Shown here one piece after another: positions 23,190 through 38,450 of a stretch of DNA of 64,000 nt. The stretch spans positions 8,914 to 72,913 of the forward strand of contig RHPI01003256.1 of NCBI GenBank assembly GCA_009103225.1, written 5' to 3'. The notes below the pieces were generated by a model. That model saw only the letters and a list, made by a program, of their open reading frames with translations. It made no database searches and was not told the DNA's origin. The translations under genes and the position numbers were made by a program. The first letter of the stretch is position 1; the number at the start of each line of letters is the position of its first letter. This DNA comes from Chlorokybus atmophyticus. Lineage: Eukaryota > Plantae > Mesostigma and Chlorokybus algae.

Positions 23190-24100
23190 AGGTGTGCACC
23201 ACGTTGGCAAGCAACACAGCGTGTCGAGAGAGAGGAGGACGACCTCAATGGAGAGGAGAGTGCGTACATGTTGAACTGAACGGCACTCGATGCAACTTTT
23301 GTCTCATTGCAAACCTTTCGGCTCCACGAGCGCTAGGGGCCGCCTCAACGCGACATGCCTAGGGAGCGCAGAGTCCTCCGCGCCACACAGCCGACAAGGT
23401 GCTGTTGTCGTTGCTTCTTATTGCAACACACGGATGCCTCTTTATTACCTCGCTCTCTCACCCATGCTGTCCGTTATAAGTTGCGTATACGAGCAGAGTT
23501 GAGGGCGCAGTCTAGAGGGCTTTGAATGTGCTGTCGGGTCCGAATAGCCTGAGGGGGGCGAAAAGAGGAGGGGGATGGAGTTCATGCTGTTGGCGTCAAC
23601 ATCCATGCCACTCACAATGCGTGCTTGATGTGGGGTGAGGAGGTGGGGACAGTGTTGTTGACACAAAACAAGAGCTGCCCAACCTGTGGAATATACAACA
23701 AGCGTGCCGCCAGCAGCTTGAAGCGGATAGGGCAGTGGCTGATGGCCTTTAGCTTGTTGCTGCAGCGTAGAGGGGGTGGACACAACAACAACCACAACAA
23801 CAGCTCCGATGAGGGTGGTGGCGGAGGAAGTTGTGGTGGAAGGAACCCTGCGCAACGCNTCAACTATGTTGGCCGGCGGCACAATGTGTCGAGAGGGGAG
23901 GAGGACTGCTTTAACGGGGAAGAGAGTGCGGACATGTTGTATGATGGTTACGAACTGCACTCTATGCACCTTCTTTCTCCACGCACTCCATCAGCTCCTC
24001 GAGCGTCAGCGGCTGCCTCAGTGTAGGGGACGCAGAGTCCACCTTGATTCCACAACCGAAATGGTGTTGACAATGTTGTTGTAGATGAAGTTGTTAATGT
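23190..24100 (+). repeat. Two diverged direct copies of a coding-like segment (about 23190-23420 and 23860-24100)
   Basis: GTGTCGAGAG..GAGGAGGAC...AA(T/C)GG(A/G)GA..AGAGTGCG and AGGG..CGCAGAGTCC recur. Product not recognised. Confidence 0.6.
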
Positions 24101-24283
24101 CGTTGCTGCTTCAACATAAAGGTCTCTTTGTCAGCGCTCGCTCGCACACTCTCACTGTCACTGGGGGGTCGCATGTATGAAAGATTTGCATTGCAGTATG
24201 TGCGAGCCAGGGAGAGGGGAGCGGTCTAGAGGGGGTTTGAGAGTTGTTGTTGGGTTCTAGCAGGGGCAATGAAGGGGGGAAGG

Positions 24284-24285
<2 letters not shown>

Positions 24286-24317
<32 letters not shown>
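24286..24317. repeat. (GT)16 microsatellite
   Basis: Direct reading. Confidence 0.97.
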
Positions 24318-24319
<2 letters not shown>

Positions 24320-24849
24320 CGCAGTCGACATCAATGGCATCCGTGGCATCAAGAGCAACAAGCACTAACAAACAAACAACAAGGTCAAGCCCGGAGTCCC
24401 TAACCTCCAGAAGCAACTTGTAAATGGTCGTGCATTTGTCGGTGATGTGATGAGCGCGAAGCCGCTTACAAGTGCGCACCAGCTCATGTGAGACAGATGC
24501 AATGCATTGTTGCCACAAACGTCGATGTCAGAAACTTTCAACCACATTGTGTATACCTTGGCCTTGGCCCTAGTAAGGATAGGCCTGGCCCATAGTTTGC
24601 CTATTAGGATGCGCTAATCAAGGATGCTGCTGATGCTAATATGCGCATGTGTTGTTTGCACATGTTAAGCACACACGGAGCTGCAGACATTCGATGCCTT
24701 GGACCAAATTTCAGCAAGGCTGACAAGCTTATTGGGCAAGCGCTACATATGTTTGCAATATACACACAGATGCATGTAAAGCACTCATATGGAACACAAA
24801 CACCAATCGTCACCACTACATCTAATACACAATCGAGTCTATACACATA

Positions 24850-25990
24850 ATATGTGCAGCAAGCGAAGCGTGTACATCTGCACGCTTATGTGAATACGCT
24901 GATGGCATTACCGCCAGGCGCGGGCCACTCGCACATTGTCGCAGACATCGGGTGTGACTGGTCTGTTATATATAACTGCCATGCGCGCTAGAACCGGCAC
25001 CGAACCGGCACCGAACCAGCTCCAGGGTGTGCATGCAAGCCTGCACAACATCTCAGCGCTCTACATGCATCATGCGGTAAACCGCATGCGACAACTCTAG
25101 GGAGGTACATGGAGCAATCAACAATTGTGCGAATCGGACCCGCATCTGCGCGACATATGCTACAACATCCGACATGAACACTTCAGTGGTCAGCTCTCTG
25201 GCGGGACTTGAAACCCAGGGTGGGAGCTCGAACAGGTAGCCCTGCATGTTGGCGATCTGTACGAAACGGTTGACGGCGCCATCCTAGCAACATCCTAGCA
25301 AATTAGCAATGCAGGGTTGTCCTCGTCCACTATGCATAACTCCATACTGTTCCAACTGACATTACAAGCGGAATCTTAGGTCATATTGATAACATCATGC
25401 CCATGTGTCTCAAAGAGCACCTGAGGCAGCAAGTGGTAATCCTCAGGAGGCAGCACGCCTGCAAGCTGTGAGATAATCAAAACGGTCGTGGTCATAACTG
25501 GGCAAGGCCGTCACCAACGCCTGCTTGAGTAATACTAAGCTGTTGTCGTAGCGACAAGCAATGTTGTTGTTGCTTGTCACTACGGCAACAACTTAGTCCT
25601 AGATGTCAAATTAAGACCATACATGCTTGTCCATCTGTGCTGGTGTACCGAAAGACACGAACGCAGTGCAATCGCTGCAATATGGATGCAAGTGCTGCTG
25701 AGCCAAGAACAGAGACTCTTGCGTAGCACAACAGTAACATAACAGCCACACATCTTGCCTTGGCCTTGACACGGTAAAGGCAGGAACAAGGCGCAGCAAG
25801 CCAAGCCTAGCTGTTGCAGAGAAGCACGATGTGCTTCACCTTGTCGGTCGTTCCTGACGGACGCTTGATCACCGCCGCCGCCCAACATGTCCTCCTCCTG
25901 CTCCTTCTCCCCGTCGCCGCCGCCGTCGTATACTGCCTGAATGACCTCCCTCGCTGTAAGAATGCCTTCACAGGAGGTATACACACACAC
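24850..25990 (-). pseudogene. Orphan spliced gene, paralog 2 (decayed)
   Basis: TAREVIQAVY, LPPEDYHLLPQ| and ELPPWVSSPARELTTEVFMSDVVAYVAQ align with paralog 1. Multiple disruptions. Confidence 0.55.
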
Positions 25991-26035
25991 ATTGCGTGCT
26001 CATGTCACTTGCCCAACATGGGTGTCCCGGAGTGC

Positions 26036-26037
26036 AT

Positions 26038-26072
<35 letters not shown>

Positions 26073-26725
26073 ACGAAAGCAGGGTGGAGGAGGCGAGTGA
26101 GGGTGATGGGAGGCGTATGACGATGGACGAGTTCGCTGCCTGGAAGAGCCGAAAGGTGAGGACTGCAACTGCAAAGGCGTATAAGTAGAGGTGCTACGTT
26201 TTGCTACTGTGTATATCAGTCTTTAAGGTGTGCCTCTGGACACACAGCAGGCGTCACGTCACACCTGAACAGGTCGTTTTGAACTGGATGTTGGCATGGG
26301 CTCGCTTGCATGCTCCGCATGGATGACCTTCAGAACATTTTTGTTTTTCAATATACAGATTCGTTGTAATCAGCCATATTCACCTTGCAGCTCACACCAG
26401 CCTCGTGGTTGAATCATATCAAGCGCTTATGCCGCCCCTACCATCTGCTACAGTTCCCATGTTCACTGCTGAATTGCGTGCTGGGAGGTTCTGGAGATTG
26501 TGTTGTATGTTGCACGAGCGGATGTTGCCAGATGTTGCTAAACCTCTTACACTGACACTTGTGCATCTGCCTACGCAGGATGCTGAGCAAGCTGAGATTA
26601 CGGCTGCAGCGGCAGCACAGAGGGCGGCAGATATTGCTGCGGGGAAGGTCAGGATGACGGGTCGGGAGCTTCATCAGCACTGCCCGTGGGTGTTTGATGA
26701 TAACAACATACCGCAGTCTGAATGA
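26036..26725 (+). CDS. Small (88 aa) protein consisting of a DFRP C-terminal-like (DRG-binding) region; exons 26036-26155 and 26579-26725
   Basis: Spliced product ...RMTMDEFAAWKSRK|DAEQAE...DIAAGKVRMTGRELHQHCPWVFDD matches the DFRP pattern TxxxFxxWKxxK...(S/T)GRELF. Phase-0 GT-AG intron. An alternative in-frame ATG lies at 26018. Confidence 0.75.
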
Positions 26726-27520
26726 AGTGGTGGAGGTGGTTGGCAGTGTGTTTTTTGTTGATAAACTGGCATGTCCCTACGCAATGTTGCTGCTCAAGCG
26801 GGTTCTACGTGCCGTGTCAAGCACATCGTGCACTACACGTCTTGTGCGCGACTGTCAATTGCATGCCTGCTCCTCTATGATAGTCTATTGTACCCTGTGC
26901 CTGCTGCTGCTCGCACACAACCAGCCCCCGCTCAGCCAGCCCCTTGGGTCCAGGGCTGTGTAGTGCGTGGCTCATTGATTGATGCAGTTCATGTGAAATG
27001 CAGTACGTGCTGCGTGGGTGTGTAAGTGCTCAGTCGCATGTGTTCATTCTTGGTTATACCTTATGCACAACACATGCGTGCAGCCGAGTGTTGCTTGCGC
27101 TCATGGTGCATTAACTGCAACTACAGCAATTTCGGTGCAACGATTCACACCTGCAATCACAACCTGCATCCAGCAATGCTATCAATCCACTGCACTGCCA
27201 TCCTACCTACAAGGTGGGGAGCACTCACAACATATCCATGTCAATGATAATAGAGGGTGTCCTCATAGACATTTCCAGCGTGATGTTTCAGCAATAGTAC
27301 ACTGCCGCTCTCATTATGGATTGCTGCCCGCCGACGTGCTGCACCAAATGCAACTGCAGCGCGTGACATGCAAGTGCATGCCAGGCATACCAGCATAGCA
27401 AAGCTGCAAATAAACAGAAGCAAGCGTTGTTTGAGAATGATCGTGCTTGCACTGTCCAGTCGCCAACAGAGTGAGTCTTATAACTCTCGCTTAGGATCTA
27501 GAAACCTCTCAGTGAGGACA

Positions 27521-28449
27521 CTATGCATTCAGCGCTTCTTGGTCTTGCTGCGCCAGCTGCGCCTCTTCTTGCGCCTGCGCCATGAGTTCATCAAACCGCT
27601 CTGACTTTCCAAGGATGATCTCCACCTGCAAATAGCAGTTTCGTGAGCTGTGAGATGGCGTTCGCATGCAATATCTGGTGATGCATTGGCTCGTGTGTTT
27701 GTTTATGCGCGAATGTAGATCGTGCGACTCACTTTGGCTTTTTGCAAAGGTCGACCCCGTGCATCGTCACTCATATCTACTGTTGATGTGGCGATCTCTG
27801 CACGCATATATGACACAAAGACCTCAGCCAACATGGAAATCAGCAAATATGTGCATGCACACGAGTGTTCAAGTGCACTCACTCTTCTCCACTGCGAGCC
27901 CGTTGTTCTTCAAGATCTCTGCAACTGTCACTACAGTCGCAATCGCTGCATGCATGCAGGCAAAGGGTCAACACGAAAATAAAAGCTGAGCACAAAACGA
28001 GCATATGCAAACTTGACGCACACGCACATGCACACGCAGCACTGCACAACACAACTTGGCCGGGATAAATCGCATGTCTTACCCATGCCCAGTGCTGAAA
28101 GCTCCACTTCTCCATGCTGCTGCAGGAAGCGCTGCAAAACACAAAAAGAGGCTGTCTTTCACAGTGTTTGAAGATAGTTCCAGAGTGCGTACATGTTCAA
28201 CTGATATAGCGGTATAATATCTTCTGCATGCAAACAATACCACTGGGAGCTTTCTGCACGAGCTGAAACGACGACACTCGACATGTAATTCAGCTAATGC
28301 GGCTTGACGCACGACCACACAATAAGCGGCTGTAAGCCACGAGGCGGCGGGGAGCTGCAGCTCACCTTTGCAAGGTTGACGTAAAAGAAGAGCGGCTTCT
28401 TCGTGTTGGACACCTGAATGCGGTTGCGTGTGGAGGCCTCGTCCGCCAT
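27521..28449 (-). CDS. ALBA: Alba DNA/RNA-binding protein, 121 aa; exons 28449-28366, 28131-28083, 27945-27883, 27797-27733, 27625-27521
   Basis: NRIQVSNTKKPLFFYVNLAK, EVELSALGMAIATVVTVAEILKNNG, GRPLQKAKVEI. All introns GT-AG and in frame. Confidence 0.96.
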
Positions 28450-28821
28450 GTTATGTGCACGCCTATGTATGCGTTGCCTCAACAGGTGTCAAGATGTGCC
28501 TGCCCAGCGCCACCTCCGCTTCCGCTTCCGCCGCCGTCGCCGCCGCCGACGCCGTAGCCAAAGACCCTGTACCTACACCAGTTGTTTCACCTCACCCAAT
28601 CACCAGCGACAAGACTACTCCACCAGCTTTGCGAGCGCGTTGGCGACAGCAGAACGTAGTGCAAAGCTCACCCGCAACAACGACACCTCCACTGCCGCCG
28701 CCGCCAACCACCTCTGCAGCAACAGCGACGATATCGAGGCGAAGGAGAAGAATGCCCGGCTGCGAGCACGCAGCGGGAAACGCAGCGCGCGACACGGCAT
28801 GATTAGGGCTTTTCTGATTTA

Positions 28822-28830
28822 TTTAGGGTT
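28822..28830 (+). promoter_or_regulatory. Telo-box-like motif in the Alba/SET divergent intergenic region
   Basis: TTTAGGGTT, with a degenerate TTAGGGCT at 28803. Function is inferred from plant telo-boxes. Confidence 0.4.
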
Positions 28831-28906
28831 AGGAGTTCTTGGCCGCACAAGGCGCACAAGCCGCACAAGAATGCGTGCAGCATTGTTGGTGTAGTTGTTG
28901 TCGGTC

Positions 28907-31558
28907 ATGGGGCATGCGGCGGCGGCGGCGGCGGTGGCGTTTTGCGTCAGGCCTGCGACGACGCTGTCTTGTGGTACGCTCAGAAGAAGCGTTTCCAGAA
29001 GCTTGACGGCGCGCCTGCGACTAAGGACGCCCCCAGCGCCATGTACAAGCTGCTGCCACAGCAGCAGCAGCAATGCTTCCTCCTCTTCAGCAGAAACAGA
29101 AACCACTCAGGTTGCTCTTCTTGTATGTAATTTATTGTGCTCATTTGCTGTTGTGGCAGCAGCTTGAGCATAGCTCATGCATAGTTACAGGCGCAAGGGT
29201 TGCTCCACTGGGTGGAGGCCAACGACGGGAGCGTGCGGGCAGGGGTGGAGATCACGCCTGAAGGCGACGGATGGGGTTTGCGGTTAGGCCAGCATGGCAA
29301 GGCGGCTGCACGCGGGGAGGTCAGTCATGGTATGGCCCGAAAATTGGAGAACTTGCTCTCTCCATGCAAGTCACGTGCACTGTGCTTGCGAGAGTTGCAC
29401 AGTGCACGCACACCCACGCGTGCGTGCGTGCGTGCATGCATGCATGCATGCATGCGTGCGCAAAGCTGGTGCAAAGTAGTACGCATGCGCACACGCATGC
29501 TCATTCAGACATGCACATGCGCGCTCGCGCGCACGCGTGTTCGCCCGCATACATGCACATGCGCATGCCCACAAAGGCACACAAACCGCGCAGCCATGCA
29601 GGCCTGTCAGTCTGCTTCCTTCGTTGAACTGCTGCAATCAGGTGTTGATGCGGCTGCCAAGCAAGCTGACGCTTGGAGAGTTTTCTGCTGAAGCGGATGT
29701 GCGAAAGGTACAGCAAGTCACACACCCCGCGGATGTCATCGGTTGAATGCTTGTATGCATGCATCGCAGGAGAGTGCTTACGCTTGTTGGGTTGTGCTAA
29801 AGTAGGTTCTCAGCAAGATGGCAGCGCCCATACCTGAGGCACTGTGGAGCCTGAGGCTGGTAACGCACTCGTGACTTGGTGCTTCTTGCATGTTGCCATC
29901 TCTGCATGTGCTTGTTTTGGTTGACAGAAAGCTGTGTGACACACGCATGCAGGGTCTGCATTTGCTGCACCAGCGTGCGCTAGAGGACTCGTTCTACTGG
30001 CCGTATATCTCGCTGCTACCAAATGCGTATGGGGTCCCCATCTTCTTCGGTACGCAAGCCGTGCAAGCGTTGCAGTGCCAAACGCTTCAAAAGCAGGTGT
30101 GCACAGCATCACTACTGTGCAATGGCATTGATTGCAGACAGTAACATACTCCTGATCTGCGCATAGGTTGCTTTGCGTTCAAAGTTTTTGCAAGCTTTCG
30201 CCACGCGGTTGGCAGTTGAAAGGGGTGCAGCCATGGCAGACAGCATGGCAGGTAAGTCTTTGGAGCTTATGTTGGTTCAACAGTTAAACTCAGCGCTGGT
30301 GGTGACAGGCATGTGTGTGTTGTGGTGTTAGACCCTTTCATGGGGCAGGATGTCTCGCCGAATGAGCTTGCATGGGCGATGGCAGCCGTGTCTTCGCGTG
30401 CGTTTCGACTTGATGGCTCAAAGAAGCCCGCTTCTATGCTTCCTGCTGTTGACATGATGAATCACAGGTAAACATATTCTCTTCGTTTGTTATCATTGTA
30501 GCACACATGTGTCTCATGTTGGTTACAGCTTCAACCCGAACACCACAGTGGAGAGGCAGCAAGACGGGAGCGCCGCAATCAAAGCCCTCTCACCCATTGA
30601 AGCCGGCGAGTATCTCACCACAAGCTACGGGGATCTTTCCAATGAGCTGTTGCTGCTTGATTATGGCTTTGTCATCAGCGACAACCTTCATGATGTCGTT
30701 GAGGTACGTAAACAATATACATATACGTCTTGCATGAACAATCAACACATATGATGTGCATGGCAAAACCTCCTCGGCACACAGCTTGTGCATGACGGTG
30801 ATGTTGTGGACTCGTCGGCGTATGCTACATTTGGCAAAGACGCACAAGAGCGATTGGCACGTCTGCAAGGCATGAATTCTGGTAAGGTAATGCATGGTGT
30901 GGCGTGGCCAACTGTTGTTGATGTATGCTAAGCCTGCGATTCACAACAACTTAGGCGTGACATACAAGATAAGTGCACGGCCACCACATGCGGACGCGCG
31001 CTTAATAACGCTGGCACGACTGTTGAGCGCATCGCCATCTGAGTTGAGGGACGCAAAAGGTTTGTGACTGTACATGTTGCATGGGGCATATGCTGTCTGT
31101 GCTCTCATGTCCAGCGTGTGTGGTCATTGGCACCTTTCTTATGTATATACACACAGGCCTGAAGTCACTTCAGGCTTTTGGCGATTGGAAACGTCCACTC
31201 TCGAGTGAAAGCGAACAGCGTGCGCTGCAGTGCCTTTCGGCTATCTTAGCACTCTCCCTTAACAAGTAAGTTAAGACTTGTAAATGGTGGTAATCACTGG
31301 TAGCTACAAACCCAAACTCTCATGTGCACGCACAGGTTCCCCACAACTATCTACAACGATCTGGACATGCTCACGGCGCCAGGAAGGGCGGAGCTGCTCG
31401 AGCCCGACATGCGAGCGGCGCTGCAGTTTCGGGTTCAACAGAAGCGAGTGTTGATCGCAGCGATCCAATACCTGTCACGGGCCGCTCACGAAAAAGCTGA
31501 CCAGGCTGCTGGGACGCCGGAATCCAGGCGCGGGAAAGGATTTGGCGCACGCAGATGA
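28907..31558 (+). CDS. Plastid-type SET-domain protein lysine methyltransferase (Rubisco LSMT / SETD3-like family), 12 exons
   Basis: Transit-peptide-like N-terminus, FYWPYISLLP, AWAMAAVSSRAF, MLPAVDMMNHSFNPN, SYGDLSNELLLLDYGFV, FPTTIYND. Exons join in frame to TGA at 31556-31558. Confidence 0.93.
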
Positions 31559-33679
31559 TGTTGTGTTTGGTTATGTGTGTTTTGATTTGCGTTTGAGCTG
31601 AAGTGTGGTATGCACTTTACATTGCGTAGCATACGGCACAACACAGGGGCCATGATATGGGGCAGGGCAAATGACAGCATGCATGCCCCATGATGATGTC
31701 ATCGCGCAGTTGGACCCGTCGCTGCAATCTATACGAGCCAAGGAAAGCTGACAAGCCAAGCTGGACCGCACAGATTGTGCAGCACACATTCTGTGACTGA
31801 TGGGAGATTTTCCTTAACAGCCCATGAGTGGATACAACATGGCACACAGTGTTAGGTTAAGTCTCTAGCTCAGGTTGGGAGTTATTGGGCAATCTCTCAC
31901 TCACTCACACTAACTATAATGCAGTTCTAAGCACCAACACTGATAATGCGTCAGGCTATGCCTAAAGCCCAACGAACTTTGCATACGATTAGATGGCCTA
32001 GCTGAAATTGTAGCAAAAATAATACAGTCGGTACCTAGGTCCACAGGCCTGTGGATGGCTTCCATTCCACATGTAAACCAACTACATGTGCACAATATAT
32101 GCGAGTAAGCAACATACTGGTGTAGTTAACAACAACTCACCCCGCGCTACGAAATTGCAGCGAGCATAACGCCACATGGGCCAAGGGCCAAGGAGTCGAC
32201 TGTATCTGAGTTGCATGCCAATACGCGATGTGTGTTGAGAGAGCACACGGTACATGGTAAGGTAACTTTAACTGTCGCATTTATATGCGTATGTCTTGTG
32301 ACCGATCGGCAGAAAGGAAGGCACACAGCTCATCGATGTCGACGGACCACTTTCTAATCAGCATCGTATATAAAACCCATGGCCACCCGCTGAAACCAAA
32401 CACAAGGGAGCCTACAATCGCGGCCACAAGATACACAAACTTGCACCACATAGCAGTGCCTTTGTAAAAAGAATAATCATAGCCTGCGCAAGCATTATCT
32501 GCCAGTTAATATGTACACACGCACGCACGCATAGAGCAGCACAACCTTACAAACACGCAGCAAACACAGCAACCACGAACACACCCAATAACCCTCAGCC
32601 GACACACTCTCTGCATCCTATATATATATTACTACCACACAGCACACGAGCACACCAACACGGCACGCAGCATGTAAATGCACCAACACTCAATGTGTCG
32701 CAGTGCGCGAGCGCGTGTACAAAAAAGCAGCCACGACCACCAACACATATACAAACACACAGCACACGCATAGAGACACATAAGCATTGAGCAACATGTG
32801 CACACGCACAAGCTAAAATTGAGGGGCCACAAACACACATGAACAAAACATAAGGAATCGAATGGCATACACTGTTGAACATATATTCCCATCCAAGACG
32901 CTTTAATGCAAACCAATTACATTAAGGTATCATACAATCTTTCGTGGTAAGCCTATCAAAGTGTGTATGCCATATGCATTACAAACATGTTGAATGCACA
33001 TCTGCACCATTATGTAATATTATGTATACGAACCCTTCCGGTTGGGTTTCGACTATTGATGCTCAATTTAGTGAAGCTTGAACAATTGGATGGTATGCGT
33101 GTTATTTAAGGCAATAATTGTGTCTCCGTCTCTTAGTATTGTCGTGTTGGCTTGTCTTCTTTGCCTTCATTTCCTTATATATGCATGCCTAATCATAAAT
33201 ATCAATATTCATCATAAATAGCAATATTTTATTATGTGGAGTTTCAAACTTGATATTGTATACGCTTATATTGATATGAGCCATAACTGTGTATGATACC
33301 GTAAGTATCACATTGTCTCGCTGCTTAACGTTGCACAATTGCCGCTTTCGGCTTTGGTAGGTACCAGGTTGATGTGCACAATTTGTTTGTGCACAGAGGC
33401 CAGCTTCATATATATACACTGCCAATGAAAAAAAACTTGCCACGTGGACTGCTAACAGATGTCAAACAACAGAGGGCTCAGACATCGAGTTCAGAGCTGA
33501 TATCAAACCTCAGTTTCAGCAACTGGTTAGCTACTTGTCCGCGTTGTGGTTGAGGGCGGCGGGGGCGGCGGCGGCGGCGGGTTGGTCGATAGCTGGCATC
33601 GTCCGTTGGTGGCTCCTGTTCGTGTCGCTGTGAAGCTTGCGCAACGCAGCAGCAAGCACTGCTTGAGGCAGATTGACGC

Positions 33680-33687
33680 TAGGGTTT
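33680..33687 (+). promoter_or_regulatory. Telo-box (TAGGGTTT) upstream of RPT6
   Basis: Exact reverse complement of AAACCCTA, about 130 bp before the ATG. Confidence 0.45.
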
Positions 33688-33812
33688 GTGTCTGGTCGTT
33701 GGGGTTGTCCTTGACCTTGTCGTCATCATCGCCGTCATTGTTTTCCTTAGCTAACCGTCGAGCAGAGGGATTCCTGCAACGCGCTCCTGGGGCTGTTGTG
33801 CAAACCGCAGCC

Positions 33813-36042
<2,230 letters not shown>

Positions 36043-36605
36043 GTGGCGGCTGTATTATACTGTATAGCTCTGTCTGCTGCTCGCGCTGCACTTGGCCCTT
36101 GAAGTTTTTCATTGTTACGATACCAGGGGTTTTTGTGCAATACCATTTTCTGACTGGCTTGTGTGGTGCACGAATGGCGTATGCCGGTAGCAGACAGGCA
36201 TTCATAGAGTCTTTTGCTGTGTCATGTCATCTGCAATACTGTGTGATGAAGGCCAAAGCCTTGAATGTGAGCTGCACCTAGTAAAGCCTTTCTTGATACA
36301 CGAAACCAACGACGCCAGCATGACATGGCTTTTCAGGCACACATGCACTCAATGCGTCTATGGAGCTGTTGCCTGTTGACGACCAAGGTATTGAGAGGAA
36401 CAACAGCTTGCAGAGATGGTGCCCTGCTAATATCAGGCTGCCAAGACACAAAAAATAGCCAAAAGTCCTACCTATTATATCTATCACAATTATAGTGCTA
36501 TGTTGACCCGCGCTGGTCTACATTGCTATGGATGCCTATACTGCTCAGTAAAAGCATTCCAACACTACTTGAAGCAGTACACCCTGCCCGCCCCTCCCCC
36601 CTCCC

Positions 36606-36947
36606 GTATCTCACCACAAGCTACGGGGATCTTTCCAATGAGCTGTTGCTGCTTGATTATGGCTTTGTCATCAGCGACAACCTTCATGATGTCGTTGAGG
36701 TACGTAAACAATATACATATACGTCTTGCATGAACAATCAACACATATGATGTGCATGGCAAAACCTCCTCGGCACACAGCTTGTGCATGACGGTGATGT
36801 TGTGGACTCGTCGGCGTATGCTACATTTGGCAAAGACGCACAAGAGCGATTGGCACGTCTGCAAGGCATGAATTCTGGTAAGGTAATGCATGGTGTGGCG
36901 TGGCCAACTGTTGTTGATGTATGCTAAGCCTGCGATTCACAACAACT
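36606..36947 (+). repeat. 342-bp apparently identical copy of 30610-30951 (part of SET exon 8, the next intron and exon 9)
   Basis: No mismatch seen by eye. Ends exactly at an N (36948). Confidence 0.93.
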
Positions 36948-36949
36948 NA

Positions 36950-38450
36950 ATGGTGATGGCGCACGGCTCTCTTTATTGGTTGGAAAGGTAACTTGCTGTC
37001 GGCCAACTTGTTGTGTCATTGCGTTGCCTCAGCCAGGGCTGTTTGCAGGAAGCCCTGGTAGGCGAGGGATGGGTTGACTGTCGCAACGCCCTTGAGGCTG
37101 AGCTTGAGCAGCCCCAGCTGGCTGTAGCATGCCACCTGCCCGCGCCACAGCGCCAGCATCTGGTTCGCCAGCTCCTCCTCCTCCAATGTGAACGCCATTC
37201 CAGTTGCCCTCGGACTCGGCGTCTGCCGCTGTGATGTCTGCCTCTTCACCTGAGAGTGAGAGAGGAGATGACACACACGCATGAGAACACACACGCACGC
37301 ACACACAACATGGGTAGACCTAAACCATAAGCGCACTAATTTCAATGCAAGTGCTTGCCAGACAACGTGAACTTGAGAAGAACCCAATGTTTACATTTGT
37401 TCTCCGCAAATGCTGGCCTCAACCAAAAGCACAGCAGGCTCAACGCAATTGCTTGCCAGACAGGGTGAACTTAGGAAGAAGCTGATGTTTACACTATGCA
37501 AATGCATACGCAGCCACAACATACATGTGTGCGCACGCGCAGCGGTGATGGTGGAGCCACTGGCAGGCACTGGTGAAGGCTCTTCTGTTCCTCCTCGTTG
37601 GGATTTCCACCAACACTGTCCCAGCAAGAAGGAGCGTCCTGCTCCTGGTAGAGCTTCATGCCTCCCTCAATGCCCCACCCTTCCACACCCACAACAACAA
37701 GGCCACCCATGACAACACCGACCACCACTAACAACAACAAGCTGCATGGGAATCAGTCAGGTGGACCTCTCATTTATACAGCGCGAACGTTACCTGACTT
37801 GGAGGAGCCCTCGTCTGAGCCTGAGTCCCTAAACGTGCTGCAGGCCCTTACGTAACGTCTGGGTCAACCTGGACCGTCCGATGCAGAAGTGGCGGGCGGA
37901 CGAGCAATACTGGCCGTTGGATCAGCCCTGTCTCACGTGCGCCAAAGGGCGCGTTGGGTGTGTATGTGTCAGTGTATGTGGGCTTGCGTGTGCATGTGCG
38001 TTCAAGGAGCTCAAGCAGATGACGCTGCTTTGCTGTGGGTCTGAATGTTGCTACAGTTGAACACAACAATTCCACTCGTGCTGTGAGTGGTCAATCATGG
38101 TGCTATCCAATAGCGTATGGAAGCTGCATGCACCCCATACTCCTTGTGCTGCTGCTGCTGCTGGTATTGTTGATGGTAGTGGTGCTATTGTCGTCGTCGT
38201 CACCGTCATCGTTACCGACGCCGTTGTTGCACTACCACCAACGACAGAAACGCTGACAGCTGCAGCAACAGAACCAGCAGCAGCGGCAGCAGCACCTACC
38301 AGCAGCAGTGCGCTGTCGCTGTTCGCAGTGTGCCCAGCACCAGCAGTGGCCAACCCCTCTCCAGGTGAGTGCGCTTGTGCGTGTATGTGTGCGTACACAC
38401 ACGTTCAAGCAATCATAACGAAGCACGAACCGTTCTACTGAAGCACGCAA
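36950..38450 (-). other. Unassigned coding-like fragments
   Basis: Exon-like block AG|VKRQ...MAFTLEEEELANQMLALWRGQ...EATQ* at 36950-37255 and further GC-rich blocks. No family recognised. Confidence 0.3.
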
